From NCBI GenBank assembly GCA_918244965.1, contig CAKJYC010000016.1, positions 8,526 through 72,525 of the forward strand: a stretch of DNA of 64,000 nt, given 5' to 3'. The notes beneath the pieces are model-generated. The model was not told the origin of the DNA, searched no databases, and saw only the letters and a program-made list of their open reading frames with translations. This document shows positions 8,132 to 17,207 of the stretch, one piece after another (the first letter of the stretch is position 1; every line of letters starts with the position of its first letter). Source of the DNA: Clostridiales bacterium. GTDB lineage: Bacteria > Bacillota > Clostridia > Christensenellales > CAG-138. The translations under genes were made by a program, and so were the position numbers.

Positions 8132-9067
8132 ATGTCATCATTTCGGAATCTTCGGATTGTGGACAATTTCTACCAGACGTCGCTGTTTTTCCCGATGCCG
8201 GCGGTGCTTGTGAGCACGCTCGCCGACGACGGGCAGACCAACTGCGGCGCGTACTCACTCGTGCAGCCGTACTACGTCGCAGGCAAGGACTATTACGCGA
8301 TGCTGCTTTCCTGCCGCAATTCGTCCAACACGGCGCAGAACCTCATCAAGCGCAAGAAGTGCGCGATCAACTTCTTCCCGGACGACCGTAAATTCTTCAA
8401 GGAGGCGGTGCGTCTCGGCTGGCCGGGCGACACGACCGCGGAGAAGATGAAGGACTTTTCGATGACGCTGGAGGACGGCCTGCGCGCAAAGGAGAACCCG
8501 AACGAAGCGTTCCCGAAGGTCGTCAGCGAGTCGTTTCAGGTCATCGAATGCACCTGGGTCGACACACTCGACGGTGCCGAACACGACGGGCCGCTGCCGG
8601 AAGGCGAGGACCACTACACGCTCGAAAAATACCACGATTTCAACGGCATTACGAGTCCGTACGGCGCGCATTTCATCCTGAAGATCGACAAGATCCTGAT
8701 GAAGGAAAAGTATTACAACGCGATCGTCAACGGCGTCAAGGGCGCGGACTTTCCGCCCTGCCCGGTCGATTACGGCTACCGCGATTCCAAGAACTTCTGG
8801 TATCACAAGCGCCGCCGCATGATCGCGGAGCTGCTGCCGGTGCGCAAGACGACGCTCGCATCCGTGCGTTACGCCGCCGACCGCATCGATCCCGCCGTGC
8901 GCTTCACCGACGACGCGCTTGAGATGATCGTCAACGTGCCGCGCATCTTCCTGCCGACCGTGCTGCGCGGGTGCGTCGCGCAGGCGAAAAAGAGCGGCTG
9001 GACCGAGATCGACGCCGCCCGCATGCGTGAGATCAACGACAAGCGCAATCAGGAAAAGAAAAAGTAA
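8132..9067 (+). CDS. Flavin-reductase-like (split-barrel FMN-binding) domain protein
   Basis: I chose the internal ATG at 8132 because GGAGG lies 6 nt upstream. The N-terminal part (PMPAVLVSTLADDGQTNCGAYS...CAINF) resembles flavin reductase-like domains. The C-terminal half is uncharacterised and ends in a basic tail. Confidence 0.5.
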   Translation: MSSFRNLRIVDNFYQTSLFFPMPAVLVSTLADDGQTNCGAYSLVQPYYVAGKDYYAMLLSCRNSSNTAQNLIKRKKCAINFFPDDRKFFKEAVRLGWPGDTTAEKMKDFSMTLEDGLRAKENPNEAFPKVVSESFQVIECTWVDTLDGAEHDGPLPEGEDHYTLEKYHDFNGITSPYGAHFILKIDKILMKEKYYNAIVNGVKGADFPPCPVDYGYRDSKNFWYHKRRRMIAELLPVRKTTLASVRYAADRIDPAVRFTDDALEMIVNVPRIFLPTVLRGCVAQAKKSGWTEIDAARMREINDKRNQEKKK

Positions 9068-9082
9068 CCGGCACGCCGGCGC

Positions 9083-9111
9083 TTGCAAAATCCCGCCGGA
9101 ACCGCTATACT
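9083..9111 (+). promoter_or_regulatory. Sigma-70-type promoter for ktrBA
   Basis: TTGCAA (9083-9088), 17-nt spacer, TATACT (9106-9111). A short leader with the hairpin GCCCCGcttCGGGGC precedes the ATG at 9150. Confidence 0.5.
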
Positions 9112-9149
9112 GTATACGGCCCCGCTTCGGGGCGGAAAGGGCGACGCGC

Positions 9150-10514
9150 ATGAGACGCAAGGCACTGTCCTCCGCACAGATCATTCCGCTCGGCTTCCTG
9201 TTTCTGATCCTCATCGGAACAGGTCTGCTTTTGCTGCCCTTTGCGACCGCAAGCGGACAGTCCGCGCCGTTTCTGACCGCGCTGTTCACCGCGACGACCT
9301 CCGTCTGCGTGACGGGGCTTGTGGTGGTTGACACCTTCTGCTACTGGTCGGCGTTCGGAAAGGGCGTCATCCTCGTGCTGATCCAGGCGGGCGGGCTCGG
9401 CCTTGTCGCCCTGTCCTCGTCGCTGATTCTGATGCTGCGCAAGTCCGTTACGATCCGCAACCGCGCGCTGGTGCGCGATTCGTTCGATCTGGATTCGCTG
9501 CAGGACGTGCTGCGGTTCCTCCGCCGGGTCATCTTCGGCGTCTTTCTGATCGAGGGCGTCGGGGCGGTCCTGTACGCGATCGCGTTTATTCCGCAGTACG
9601 GGGTTTTGCGCGGGATCTGGTACGCGGTCTTTCATTCGATCTCCGCGTTCTGCAATGCCGGTCTCGATCTGATCGGGCCGAACAGCCTGCTGCCGTACCA
9701 GAACGACCCATATGTGCTGACCGTCACGATGCTGCTGATCATCGTCGGCGGCCTCGGCTACATCGTCTGGTTCGATTTCTTCACAACCGCGCAGGAATCC
9801 AAAAAAGGCCGCTTCGGCGTGCGCTGGTTCTTCCGGCACATCGGTGAGCACACCAAGCTCGTCCTCTGCACGACCGGGATCCTGATCCTGCTCGGCGCGG
9901 GCGTGACGCTGGCGCTGGAGGCAAACAACGAAGCGACGCTCGGCACGCTTCCGTGGGGCGGAAAGATCCTCAACGCGTTCTTCCAGTCGGTCACATACCG
10001 CACGGCGGGCTTTGCAGCCGTTCCGCAGAGCGGGCTTTCGGACGGCTCGGTGCTGTTCGGCAGCGCCATGATGTTCATCGGCGGCTCGCCGATGGGCACG
10101 GCGGGCGGCATCAAGACCGTCACGCTGGCCGTTCTGCTGCTGAGCGCGTTCTCCTATGTGCGCGGCCGCGCGGACACCGTGATCTTCCGCCGCAGCATCC
10201 ACCCCTCGCTGATTCGCAAAGCCGCAGCGATCCTGTTCTTCAGCCTGTTTCTGTCGCTGGTATCGACCGTGCTGCTGGTCGCCGTCGACGGCGTGCCGCT
10301 TTCGGATGCGATCTATGAGGTATTCAGCGCCACCGGCACGGTGGGGCTTTCCCGCGGGCTCACCCCGCAGCTGTCCGTCTTCGGACGGATCCTGATCATC
10401 CTGTGCATGTATCTCGGCAGGATCGGTCCGATCTCGCTCGCGCTGTTCTTCCAAACCGACCTGTCCGGCGGCAAGAACATCCATTTTGCACAGGGACGCT
10501 ACTACGTCGGCTAA
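9150..10514 (+). CDS. ktrB: K+ transporter membrane subunit, TrkH/KtrB family
   Basis: About 454 aa from the internal ATG (MRRKALSSAQIIPLGF...). Polytopic, with repeated pore-loop-type motifs (TATTSVCVTG, SAFCNAG, TYRTAGF, ATGTVGLS). Confidence 0.85.
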   Translation: MRRKALSSAQIIPLGFLFLILIGTGLLLLPFATASGQSAPFLTALFTATTSVCVTGLVVVDTFCYWSAFGKGVILVLIQAGGLGLVALSSSLILMLRKSVTIRNRALVRDSFDLDSLQDVLRFLRRVIFGVFLIEGVGAVLYAIAFIPQYGVLRGIWYAVFHSISAFCNAGLDLIGPNSLLPYQNDPYVLTVTMLLIIVGGLGYIVWFDFFTTAQESKKGRFGVRWFFRHIGEHTKLVLCTTGILILLGAGVTLALEANNEATLGTLPWGGKILNAFFQSVTYRTAGFAAVPQSGLSDGSVLFGSAMMFIGGSPMGTAGGIKTVTLAVLLLSAFSYVRGRADTVIFRRSIHPSLIRKAAAILFFSLFLSLVSTVLLVAVDGVPLSDAIYEVFSATGTVGLSRGLTPQLSVFGRILIILCMYLGRIGPISLALFFQTDLSGGKNIHFAQGRYYVG

Positions 10515-10526
10515 AAGGAGGCTTTT

Positions 10527-11174
10527 ATGAAAAAATCAATCGCTGTATTGGGTCTCGGACGCTTCGGACAGTTTCTGACCGCCGAGCTGAGCCGCAACGG
10601 CGCGGACGTACTGATCGCCGATGAGGACGAGGAGACCGTCCGCAAGTTCGCCAACCACGTCAGCTGTGCCGTCAAGGCGGACCTCAACGATCCGGAGGTC
10701 ATCCGCGGGCTCGGACTCGCCGGCGTGGACACGGTCATCGTTGCGATGGGCAGCAGTCTGGATTCCAGCATCATGTGCGTCATGGTGGCAAAGGAGCTGG
10801 GCGTGCGTCACGTCATCGCAAAGGCCGCCTCGCTGCGCATGGGCGAGATTTTGCGGCGCGTCGGCGCGGATGAGATCATCTATCCCGAAAAGGAGAGCGC
10901 CGAAATGACCGCGCGCAGACTGCTTTCCTCCGACTTTCTGGAATACTTCGACCTCGGCGACGAGCTCTGCGTGTTCAGCATGCGGCCGAAGAAGGAGTGG
11001 GTCGGCAAAACGCTGCGTGAGCTGAAGCTGCGCGACCGCTATCAGCTCAACATTATGGCGATCCGCGAAAACGGCCGCACGAGCGCGACGATGAACCCGG
11101 ATCTGGTCCTGACCGAAAACGCGGAGATCTTCGCCGTCGCCGAGCGTCAGGCGCTGGACCATATTCTGCACTGA
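10527..11174 (+). CDS. ktrA: K+ uptake regulatory subunit (RCK/TrkA-N plus TrkA-C), KtrA-like
   Basis: 215 aa with a Rossmann motif at the N-terminus (IAVLGLGRFG) and a C-terminal TrkA-C-like domain. Confidence 0.85.
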   Translation: MKKSIAVLGLGRFGQFLTAELSRNGADVLIADEDEETVRKFANHVSCAVKADLNDPEVIRGLGLAGVDTVIVAMGSSLDSSIMCVMVAKELGVRHVIAKAASLRMGEILRRVGADEIIYPEKESAEMTARRLLSSDFLEYFDLGDELCVFSMRPKKEWVGKTLRELKLRDRYQLNIMAIRENGRTSATMNPDLVLTENAEIFAVAERQALDHILH

Positions 11175-11233
11175 CGCATTCGATCCGGTGAAGATGCGAT
11201 TCACCGGACCGTTCTCATTCCAAAAACAAGCTC

Positions 11234-11263
11234 GGACCGCCGAAAAGCGGTCCGGTGTTTTTA
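11234..11263. terminator. Bidirectional terminator between convergent ktrA and trkH
   Basis: GGACCGC/GCGGTCC stem, followed by GGTGTTTTTATTATTT on the plus strand and preceded by an A-rich run. Confidence 0.6.
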
Positions 11264-12715
11264 TTATTTGGTTTTGTGGCGATAGGTGATCGGGCTGAAC
11301 AGCATGATGATCGGGAACAGCTCCAGCCTGCCCGCAAGCATTTCAAACGAGAGCAGGATCTTCGACGCGCCGCTGTAAAAGCCGTAATTGCCGGTCGGAC
11401 CGACCCTGCCGAGGCCGGGGCCGATGTTGGAAAGGCACGCGAGCGTCGCCGTGAAGTTCGTTTCAAAGTCATGTCCGCCGATCGACAGCAGCAGCACGCC
11501 GAGCGCAAGGCACACGATGTACAGCAGGAAGAACGCAAGCGTTGCGCGCAGCAGGTCCGCGCCGATCGGCTTGCCCTCCACCCGCACGACCGAGATCGCG
11601 CGCGGATGCAGAAGCTTTCGCACCTCCTGCCGTCCCGCCTTGAACAGGATCACGATGCGGCTGATCTTCAGTGCGCCGCCGGTCGAGCCCGCGCACGCGC
11701 CGAAGAACATCAGCAAAACGAGGATCATCTTGGACAGCGCCGGCCATGTGTTGAAATCCACGGTGGCGTACCCGGTCGTCGTGATGATCGAGGAGACCTG
11801 GAAGAACGCGTTGCGCAGCGACAGCCCGACGCCGAGCTCACGCGTGAACGTATTGACCGTGATCAGCGCGACTGCGGCGGCAATGATGCCGAGGTAGGTG
11901 CGAAGCTCCTCGGATTTGACCGCGTTCCGCCATTTGCCGATCAGGATCAGGTGGTACAGGCTGAAATTGACGCCGAACAGCAGCATAAAGACCGACAGGA
12001 CGACGTGGATATAGGTACTGTCGTACGCCGCGATACCAGCGTTCTTCACCGAAAATCCGCCGGTGCCCGCCGCGCCGAACGCGTGGCAGATCGACTCGAA
12101 CAGCGGCATGCCGCCCGCCCACAGCAGGATGATCAGGATCAGCGTCAGCGCCGCGTACACGGCATACAGGATCTTTGCCGTGTCGCGCATGCGCGGGACC
12201 AGCTTGCCGACGACCGGCCCCGGTACCTCGGCGCGCATCAGGTGCATCGAGCGCTCGCCGCTCATCGGCATGACCGCCAGCACAAACACCAGCACGCCCA
12301 TGCCGCCGACCCAATGGCTGAAACTGCGCCAGAACAGGATGCAGTGCGGCAGCTGTTCGACCGAGGGCAGAATGGATGCGCCGGTCGTGGTAAAGCCGGA
12401 GACGATCTCAAAGATGCAGTCCCAGAAGGTTTCAAACGCACCGGACAGCCACAGCGGCACCGCCCCGAACAGGGACATCAGTACCCACGCGGCCGCGACG
12501 GTGACGAAGCCCTCGCGCGCGTAGATCGCCGTATTCTTCGGCTTTTTCAGGCCGAGCAGTCCGAGCAGCGCCAGCACGCCGACGACCGGCAGGAAGCACA
12601 GCGCGGCGGTTCCCGCCTCGCCGTAAATCAACCCGACCGCAAACGACGGCAGCATCAGAAGCGCCTCGAAAAAGAGGATGCGGCTCAGAAGGAATACGAC
12701 CATCCGCCGGTTCAT
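11264..12715 (-). CDS. trkH: K+ uptake protein TrkH
   Basis: 483-aa polytopic protein of the TrkH family (SGFTTTGAS, ITTTGYAT, GAAGTGGF motifs). ATGA-type overlap with trkA upstream. Confidence 0.85.
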   Translation of the reverse strand: MNRRMVVFLLSRILFFEALLMLPSFAVGLIYGEAGTAALCFLPVVGVLALLGLLGLKKPKNTAIYAREGFVTVAAAWVLMSLFGAVPLWLSGAFETFWDCIFEIVSGFTTTGASILPSVEQLPHCILFWRSFSHWVGGMGVLVFVLAVMPMSGERSMHLMRAEVPGPVVGKLVPRMRDTAKILYAVYAALTLILIILLWAGGMPLFESICHAFGAAGTGGFSVKNAGIAAYDSTYIHVVLSVFMLLFGVNFSLYHLILIGKWRNAVKSEELRTYLGIIAAAVALITVNTFTRELGVGLSLRNAFFQVSSIITTTGYATVDFNTWPALSKMILVLLMFFGACAGSTGGALKISRIVILFKAGRQEVRKLLHPRAISVVRVEGKPIGADLLRATLAFFLLYIVCLALGVLLLSIGGHDFETNFTATLACLSNIGPGLGRVGPTGNYGFYSGASKILLSFEMLAGRLELFPIIMLFSPITYRHKTK

Positions 12716-14082
12716 TTCGCGTCCTCCATGATATCGCCGAGATCGTTCATGCGCTGCCGTGTCGTGACGACCAGCACGATATCTCCGGCCTGAATGCTGT
12801 CTGCGCCGCCGGGGATGATCGCCTTGCCGTTTCGCACGATGCAGGCGATCAGGATATGCTTTTTCGTTTTCAGGTCCTTCAGCGGAATGTTCAGCAGATT
12901 CCTGTTTTCAGAGGTTGCACGGAATTCCAACACCTCGATCGAGCCGTCCGCGATCTTATAGAGCCCGCGGATCTCGCCGTGGTCGGCGCTCGCCTCGCGC
13001 GCGCGCACATAGCGCAGGATCTGGTTCGACACGACGCGCTTCGGAGAGATGATCGAATCGAGCCCGGCCTCCTTCATGAGCGTCTCCAGCGACTCGTTGT
13101 TGACCTTCGCGATGACCTTCGAAACGTTGCGGTGCTTGGCGTACAGTGCGGAGAGGATATTGCCCTCGTCGAGACCCGTCAGCGCGACGAACGCGTTTGC
13201 GGCGTCAATGCCTTCCTCCTGCAAAAGCTCCTGATCGGTGATGTCGCCGTTCAGTACCGTCGCACCGGGCAGCAGCTCTGCGATCTGCTGCGCGTTTTCC
13301 TTGCTGCGCTCGATGATCTTGATGGAAAGATTGCTCTTCAAAAGCTCCTGTGCAAGATAGAAGCTGATGCGCCCGCCGCCGCCGATGATGACCGAGCGAA
13401 CCGGGTTTGCCAACACGCCCGCCTTACGGAGCGCCTTCGCCACCTCGCGCGGCGCGCCGGTCACGTACAGCACATCGCCGCCCGACAGTGTGAAGCCGCC
13501 GGAGGGGATCGTAAACTCACCGTTGCGCTCGACCGCGCAGATCAGCACCTTGACGCCCAGCTTGTGCGGCAGCTCATACAGCGGAACGCCGGAGAGCGCA
13601 GTGTTTTCCGGCAGCTTGGAGGTCACCAGTTCGACGTGCCCGCGCGCAAACAGCTCAACGTGCATCGCCGCCGGGAATCGCAGCACGCGCGCGATCTCCT
13701 CCGCCGCCTGCCGGTCCGGATTGACCGTCATCGAAAGGCCGAGGTCCTCAGAGATGCGGTACATGTGATTCGCATATTCGGGATTGCGAACGCGCGCGAT
13801 CGTATGCTTCGTGCCGATCTTATGTGCGATCAGGCAGGTCAACAGATTCATTTCGTCGCTCTGCGTCAGCGCAAGCAGCAGGTCCGCCTCCTTCGCGCCC
13901 GCCTCCTCCAGCACAGAAAAGACCGCGCCGTTGCCGACGTAGCCGATGACGTCCTGCGTATTGCTGATCTGCTCGATGACCGATTCGCTCCGGTCAACGA
14001 CGGTCACGCGATGCCCTTCCTGTACGAGCTGCACCGCGAGCGACGTTCCGAGCTTGCCGCACCCGACGATCATGATCTGCAT
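12712..14082 (-). CDS. trkA: K+ uptake protein TrkA (tandem RCK domains)
   Basis: Two NAD-binding Rossmann repeats (IMIVGCGKLG and VIIGGGGRISFYLA), each followed by a TrkA-C domain. Start set at MQIMIVG, with GGAGG 7 nt upstream. The ORF-track start at 14133 is an unlikely extension. Confidence 0.85.
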   Translation of the reverse strand: MQIMIVGCGKLGTSLAVQLVQEGHRVTVVDRSESVIEQISNTQDVIGYVGNGAVFSVLEEAGAKEADLLLALTQSDEMNLLTCLIAHKIGTKHTIARVRNPEYANHMYRISEDLGLSMTVNPDRQAAEEIARVLRFPAAMHVELFARGHVELVTSKLPENTALSGVPLYELPHKLGVKVLICAVERNGEFTIPSGGFTLSGGDVLYVTGAPREVAKALRKAGVLANPVRSVIIGGGGRISFYLAQELLKSNLSIKIIERSKENAQQIAELLPGATVLNGDITDQELLQEEGIDAANAFVALTGLDEGNILSALYAKHRNVSKVIAKVNNESLETLMKEAGLDSIISPKRVVSNQILRYVRAREASADHGEIRGLYKIADGSIEVLEFRATSENRNLLNIPLKDLKTKKHILIACIVRNGKAIIPGGADSIQAGDIVLVVTTRQRMNDLGDIMEDAK

Positions 14083-14250
14083 GGCCATACCTCCGCATAA
14101 TACATATGGTTGAGTATAGCATCTTTTTGCCAAAAAAGCAAGCCGGACCGGGCACCGGACCGTCCGCTTTGCAATTCTTTTCTGTTTTGGGGCTTGTGAT
14201 TCCGGAAAATGTGTGCTATGATAAGACGATCATCCGATAAGGAGTTATAC

Positions 14251-14733
14251 ATGAAAAAACTGATTTCGATTCTCGTGATTGCAATACTGCTGTTTGCGAC
14301 CGTAGGCTGTTCCTGCGGCGGAAGCTGCTGCGGCGGCGGAAAAAAGCTCCCCGAAGCAAAGGGCGACGTCAGTATCGTATATGACAACGCGCTGACCGAG
14401 AAGCTCTTGGCGTACTATCAGGCCAATCAGGGCTATGTCGTGTCCGGCAAGCTGCTGACCGCCGAAACCGATCTCGCCGACATCGGCGCCAGGATCGCCG
14501 TTCTGAAGGACGACGCCGTGATCGCAAAGCTCACCGCGGCGGGCTGGAAGGAGACCGCACACTGGACCGAGGCGCAGAAGGCTGCCAACGACAAGCAGTT
14601 CGGCTTCACCGTGCTCGAAGCGCCCGACGGCGCACCTGCCGAAAGCGCACTGAAGGCGCTGGTCGACTGGCTCGGCGGCAAGGAAGCTGCGGAGCTTGCG
14701 CAGAACGACATGTTCAAGGACCTCAAAAACTGA
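14251..14733 (+). CDS. Hypothetical lipoprotein
   Basis: Start at MKKLISILVIAILLFATVGCSCGG (signal peptide plus lipobox VGC). AAGGAG RBS, with an extended -10 TGcTATGAT at 14214-14222. No family recognised. Confidence 0.6.
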   Translation: MKKLISILVIAILLFATVGCSCGGSCCGGGKKLPEAKGDVSIVYDNALTEKLLAYYQANQGYVVSGKLLTAETDLADIGARIAVLKDDAVIAKLTAAGWKETAHWTEAQKAANDKQFGFTVLEAPDGAPAESALKALVDWLGGKEAAELAQNDMFKDLKN

Positions 14734-14745
14734 CCAAAACCAAAC

Positions 14746-14783
14746 GATCCCCCCGGAGCGATCCGAGGGGATCTGTTTTTTTA
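14746..14783. terminator. Bidirectional terminator between the lipoprotein gene and mnmE
   Basis: GATCCCC...GGGGATC stem followed by TGTTTTTTTATTTT, with an A-rich run upstream. Confidence 0.65.
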
Positions 14784-16088
14784 TTTTCCGACGCAGAAGT
14801 TCGCAAAGATCCGGTCGATAACCTCGGCGTCGACGTCCGTGCCGGTGATCGTGCCGAGCGTGTGCAGCGCGTCAGAGAGGTCCGTTGCGATGCAGTCCGG
14901 TTCGGTCTGCGTCTCAGCATGCACAATCGCGTCCAGCGCCGCCTCCAGCGCGCGGATGTGACGCTCGTTGGTGATCGCCGCCGTCGACTGCGCGGCGGGC
15001 GTTGCGAGCGCGGCGATCTCCGCCTTCAGCTTGTCAAGCCCCGCGCCGGTTTTGCAGCTGACGGGAAGCGCATCGGAAACGATCGTGCCGAGATCGCTTT
15101 TGTTCGCAATCACAATGCACGTTTTCTCCCCGGTCTCTCTGCGCAGCTGCAGGTCCTCCGCCGTCTCCGGTTCGCTGCCGTCGAGCACCAGCAGTACCGC
15201 GTCCGCCGTTTCCAGTGCTTTTTTCGCGCGATCGACGCCGATGCGTTCCGCTTCGTCGCTCGCCTCCCGGACGCCTGCTGTGTCTATGAGCCGCACGGGC
15301 ACGCCGCCGACCGACAGCCGCTCGTCCAGCACGTCGCGCGTGGTGCCCGCCGTTGCGGTCACGATCGCGCGGTCCTCGCCCAAAAGCGCGTTCAATAGCG
15401 AGCTCTTGCCAACGTTCGGTCGGCCGAGGATGACGAGCTTCAGTCCTTCGCGCAGCACGCGGGCCCTGCGGCCTTCCTCGATCAGGGCGCGGACCGTCGT
15501 TTCCGATTGCGCCAGCATGGCAGGAAGCGATGCGTACGCGGCCTCTCCGGCCTCGTCCGGATAGTCGATCGCGGCCTCGATCGCGGAGCGCGCGTTGAGG
15601 AGCGTTTCCTCGACCGTGCGGATGCGGCGGCTGACGCTGCCGGACAGCTGTTCCAGAGCGCTCTTCAGGCTGCTTTCGGCCTGCGCGTTGATGACGTCCA
15701 TGACCGCCTCGGCTTCCGAGAGGTCCATCTTGCCGTTCAGAAACGCGCGTTTGGTGAACTCGCCGGGGTCCGCGGGCACGCCGCCCGCCTCGGACAGCGC
15801 GGACAGCACGCTGCGCACGGTCTCGGACCCGCCGTGACAGTGCAGCTCCAGCATGTCCTCGCCGGTATAGCTGTTCGGCGCGGCGAAAAAGACCGCCATC
15901 GCGTCGTCGATCACATCCGATCCGTGCAGGATCTTCACATGAAGCAGCCGACCGGGACGGTCTGTGATCTTGCGGTGCAGGATCTGCTTTGTGATGGCGC
16001 GCGTATCGGGACCGGAGACGCGGATCACGCAGATCGCGCCGCCGATCGCAGACGAAGGGGCAAATACGGTGTCAAAGGTCTGGTTCAT
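14781..16088 (-). CDS. mnmE: tRNA modification GTPase MnmE
   Basis: 435 aa. G1 motif GRPNVGKSS, G3 motif DTAG, and the C-terminal CVGK tetrapeptide characteristic of MnmE/TrmE. Confidence 0.92.
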   Translation of the reverse strand: MNQTFDTVFAPSSAIGGAICVIRVSGPDTRAITKQILHRKITDRPGRLLHVKILHGSDVIDDAMAVFFAAPNSYTGEDMLELHCHGGSETVRSVLSALSEAGGVPADPGEFTKRAFLNGKMDLSEAEAVMDVINAQAESSLKSALEQLSGSVSRRIRTVEETLLNARSAIEAAIDYPDEAGEAAYASLPAMLAQSETTVRALIEEGRRARVLREGLKLVILGRPNVGKSSLLNALLGEDRAIVTATAGTTRDVLDERLSVGGVPVRLIDTAGVREASDEAERIGVDRAKKALETADAVLLVLDGSEPETAEDLQLRRETGEKTCIVIANKSDLGTIVSDALPVSCKTGAGLDKLKAEIAALATPAAQSTAAITNERHIRALEAALDAIVHAETQTEPDCIATDLSDALHTLGTITGTDVDAEVIDRIFANFCVGK

Positions 16089-16175
16089 AATAGCATCCTA
16101 TAAAAACAGAGAAACAATGCGACTGACGGATCATTTCCAAACATGCGCGCTGTTTCTCATTTCTGTTTCTTCCGA

Positions 16176-16372
16176 TTGACGATATGCCGCGCTGCGGCAC
16201 GATATATTTACTGCGTAAATACGATATACGGCTGCGGGGCACCGTGAGACGTCGCCCCCTGCGCCGCACGATATGATATAAATCCCTGTGCACCGCAGTG
16301 CATATCGTGTCAAGGACATATCGCGCCCCGAAGGGGCATATCGCAGATCCCGCAGGGATTTATATCGTTGAC
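16176..16372. repeat. Self-complementary element: 4 ACGATAT motifs (plus strand), then 4 ATATCG motifs (the same motif inverted), interleaved with short hairpins and bounded by TTGAC direct repeats
   Basis: ACGATAT at 16179, 16199, 16221 and 16268. ATATCG at 16302, 16318, 16338 and 16362. Tri/tetraloop hairpins lie between the motifs (GCCGCgctGCGGC, ATTTACtgcGTAAAT, TGCACcgcaGTGCA, GCCCCgaaGGGGC). A perfect 14-bp long-range inverted repeat, GATATAAATCCCTG (16275-16288) / CAGGGATTTATATC (16352-16365). TTGAC at 16176-16180 and 16368-16372. Confidence 0.6.
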
Positions 16373-16376
16373 GAAG

Positions 16377-17207
16377 TCACCTGTCCGGCGTGATGATCAC
16401 GCGGCGGTTCGGCTCCTCGCCCTCGCTGTGCGTCGTGACGCCCTTGAAGCCCTGCAGCGCGGAGTGCAGCACACGGCGCTCGTACGGGTTCATCGGCTCC
16501 ATTGCGACGGAGCGGCCGGTCCGCGCGACCTGCGCGGCGTTCTTGCGCGCAAGGCGTCTGAGCGTTTCCTCGCGGCGGGCACGATAGCCCTCGGTGTCGA
16601 CGGAGACACGGCGATATCCGTTCTCCTTGCGGTCCTTGTTCATGTACAGGGACACGATGTACTGCAGCGCATCGAGCGTTTCGCCTCTGCGGCCGATCAG
16701 AAGCCCGTCGGTTGCGGAAACGATGTTGAGCCGGAGACCGTCCTCGGTCTCCGCCGCCTCGACGGTCGCTTCGATCTTCATGTTCTTCAGAAGGTCGGAG
16801 AGGAAGATTGCGGCGTCGTTTTCCTTCGCCAGTTCCTCGCTGTATGCGAACGCGGGTGCTGCCGGCTGTTTTTCACGGCGCTCGCCGCCCTCACGGCGAT
16901 CGCTGCGCGGCTTGCGGTCGTTGCGCTCGCGGCGCTCGCCGTCCCGCTTCGGGCGATCGTTCTCACGCTTCGGGCGCTCGCTCTTATGCTCGTGCGCAGC
17001 CGCACGCTCTGCTTCAAAATCCGGAACCACGGGGACCTCGCGCTCGGTCAGACGCACGATCGCGTTTTTGGCGCCGATGCCGAACAGGCCCTTGCTTTCC
17101 TTCTGTACGATCTCCGTATCGACCTCGTCGATCGTCAGCCCCATCTCGTTGAGACCGTGAAAGATCGCCTCGTCGATGTTGCGGCCGGAGAATTCCATAC
17201 TTCTCAT
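16377..17207 (-). CDS. jag: RNA-binding protein Jag/KhpB (Jag-N, KH, R3H domains)
   Basis: 276 aa. The N-terminus GRNIDEAIFHGLNEMGLTIDEVDTEIV is Jag_N-like, followed by a Lys/Arg/Glu-rich linker and a C-terminal R3H region (MNPYERRVLHSAL). ATGA overlap with yidC. Confidence 0.85.
   Translation of the reverse strand: MRSMEFSGRNIDEAIFHGLNEMGLTIDEVDTEIVQKESKGLFGIGAKNAIVRLTEREVPVVPDFEAERAAAHEHKSERPKRENDRPKRDGERRERNDRKPRSDRREGGERREKQPAAPAFAYSEELAKENDAAIFLSDLLKNMKIEATVEAAETEDGLRLNIVSATDGLLIGRRGETLDALQYIVSLYMNKDRKENGYRRVSVDTEGYRARREETLRRLARKNAAQVARTGRSVAMEPMNPYERRVLHSALQGFKGVTTHSEGEEPNRRVIITPDR

Noticed and set aside
9068-9149. c-di-AMP (ydaO/kimA-type) riboswitch in front of ktrB.
   Set aside because: After the predicted promoter, the leader is only about 40 nt with a single small hairpin. 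That is far too short for that riboswitch class.
16176-16372. Whether the regularly spaced CGATAT array is a CRISPR array.
   Set aside because: The repeats are only 6-7 nt, the spacers are 13-40 nt and themselves palindromic, the two half-arrays are in opposite orientation, and no cas genes are present. It is reported instead as an unusual repeat element.
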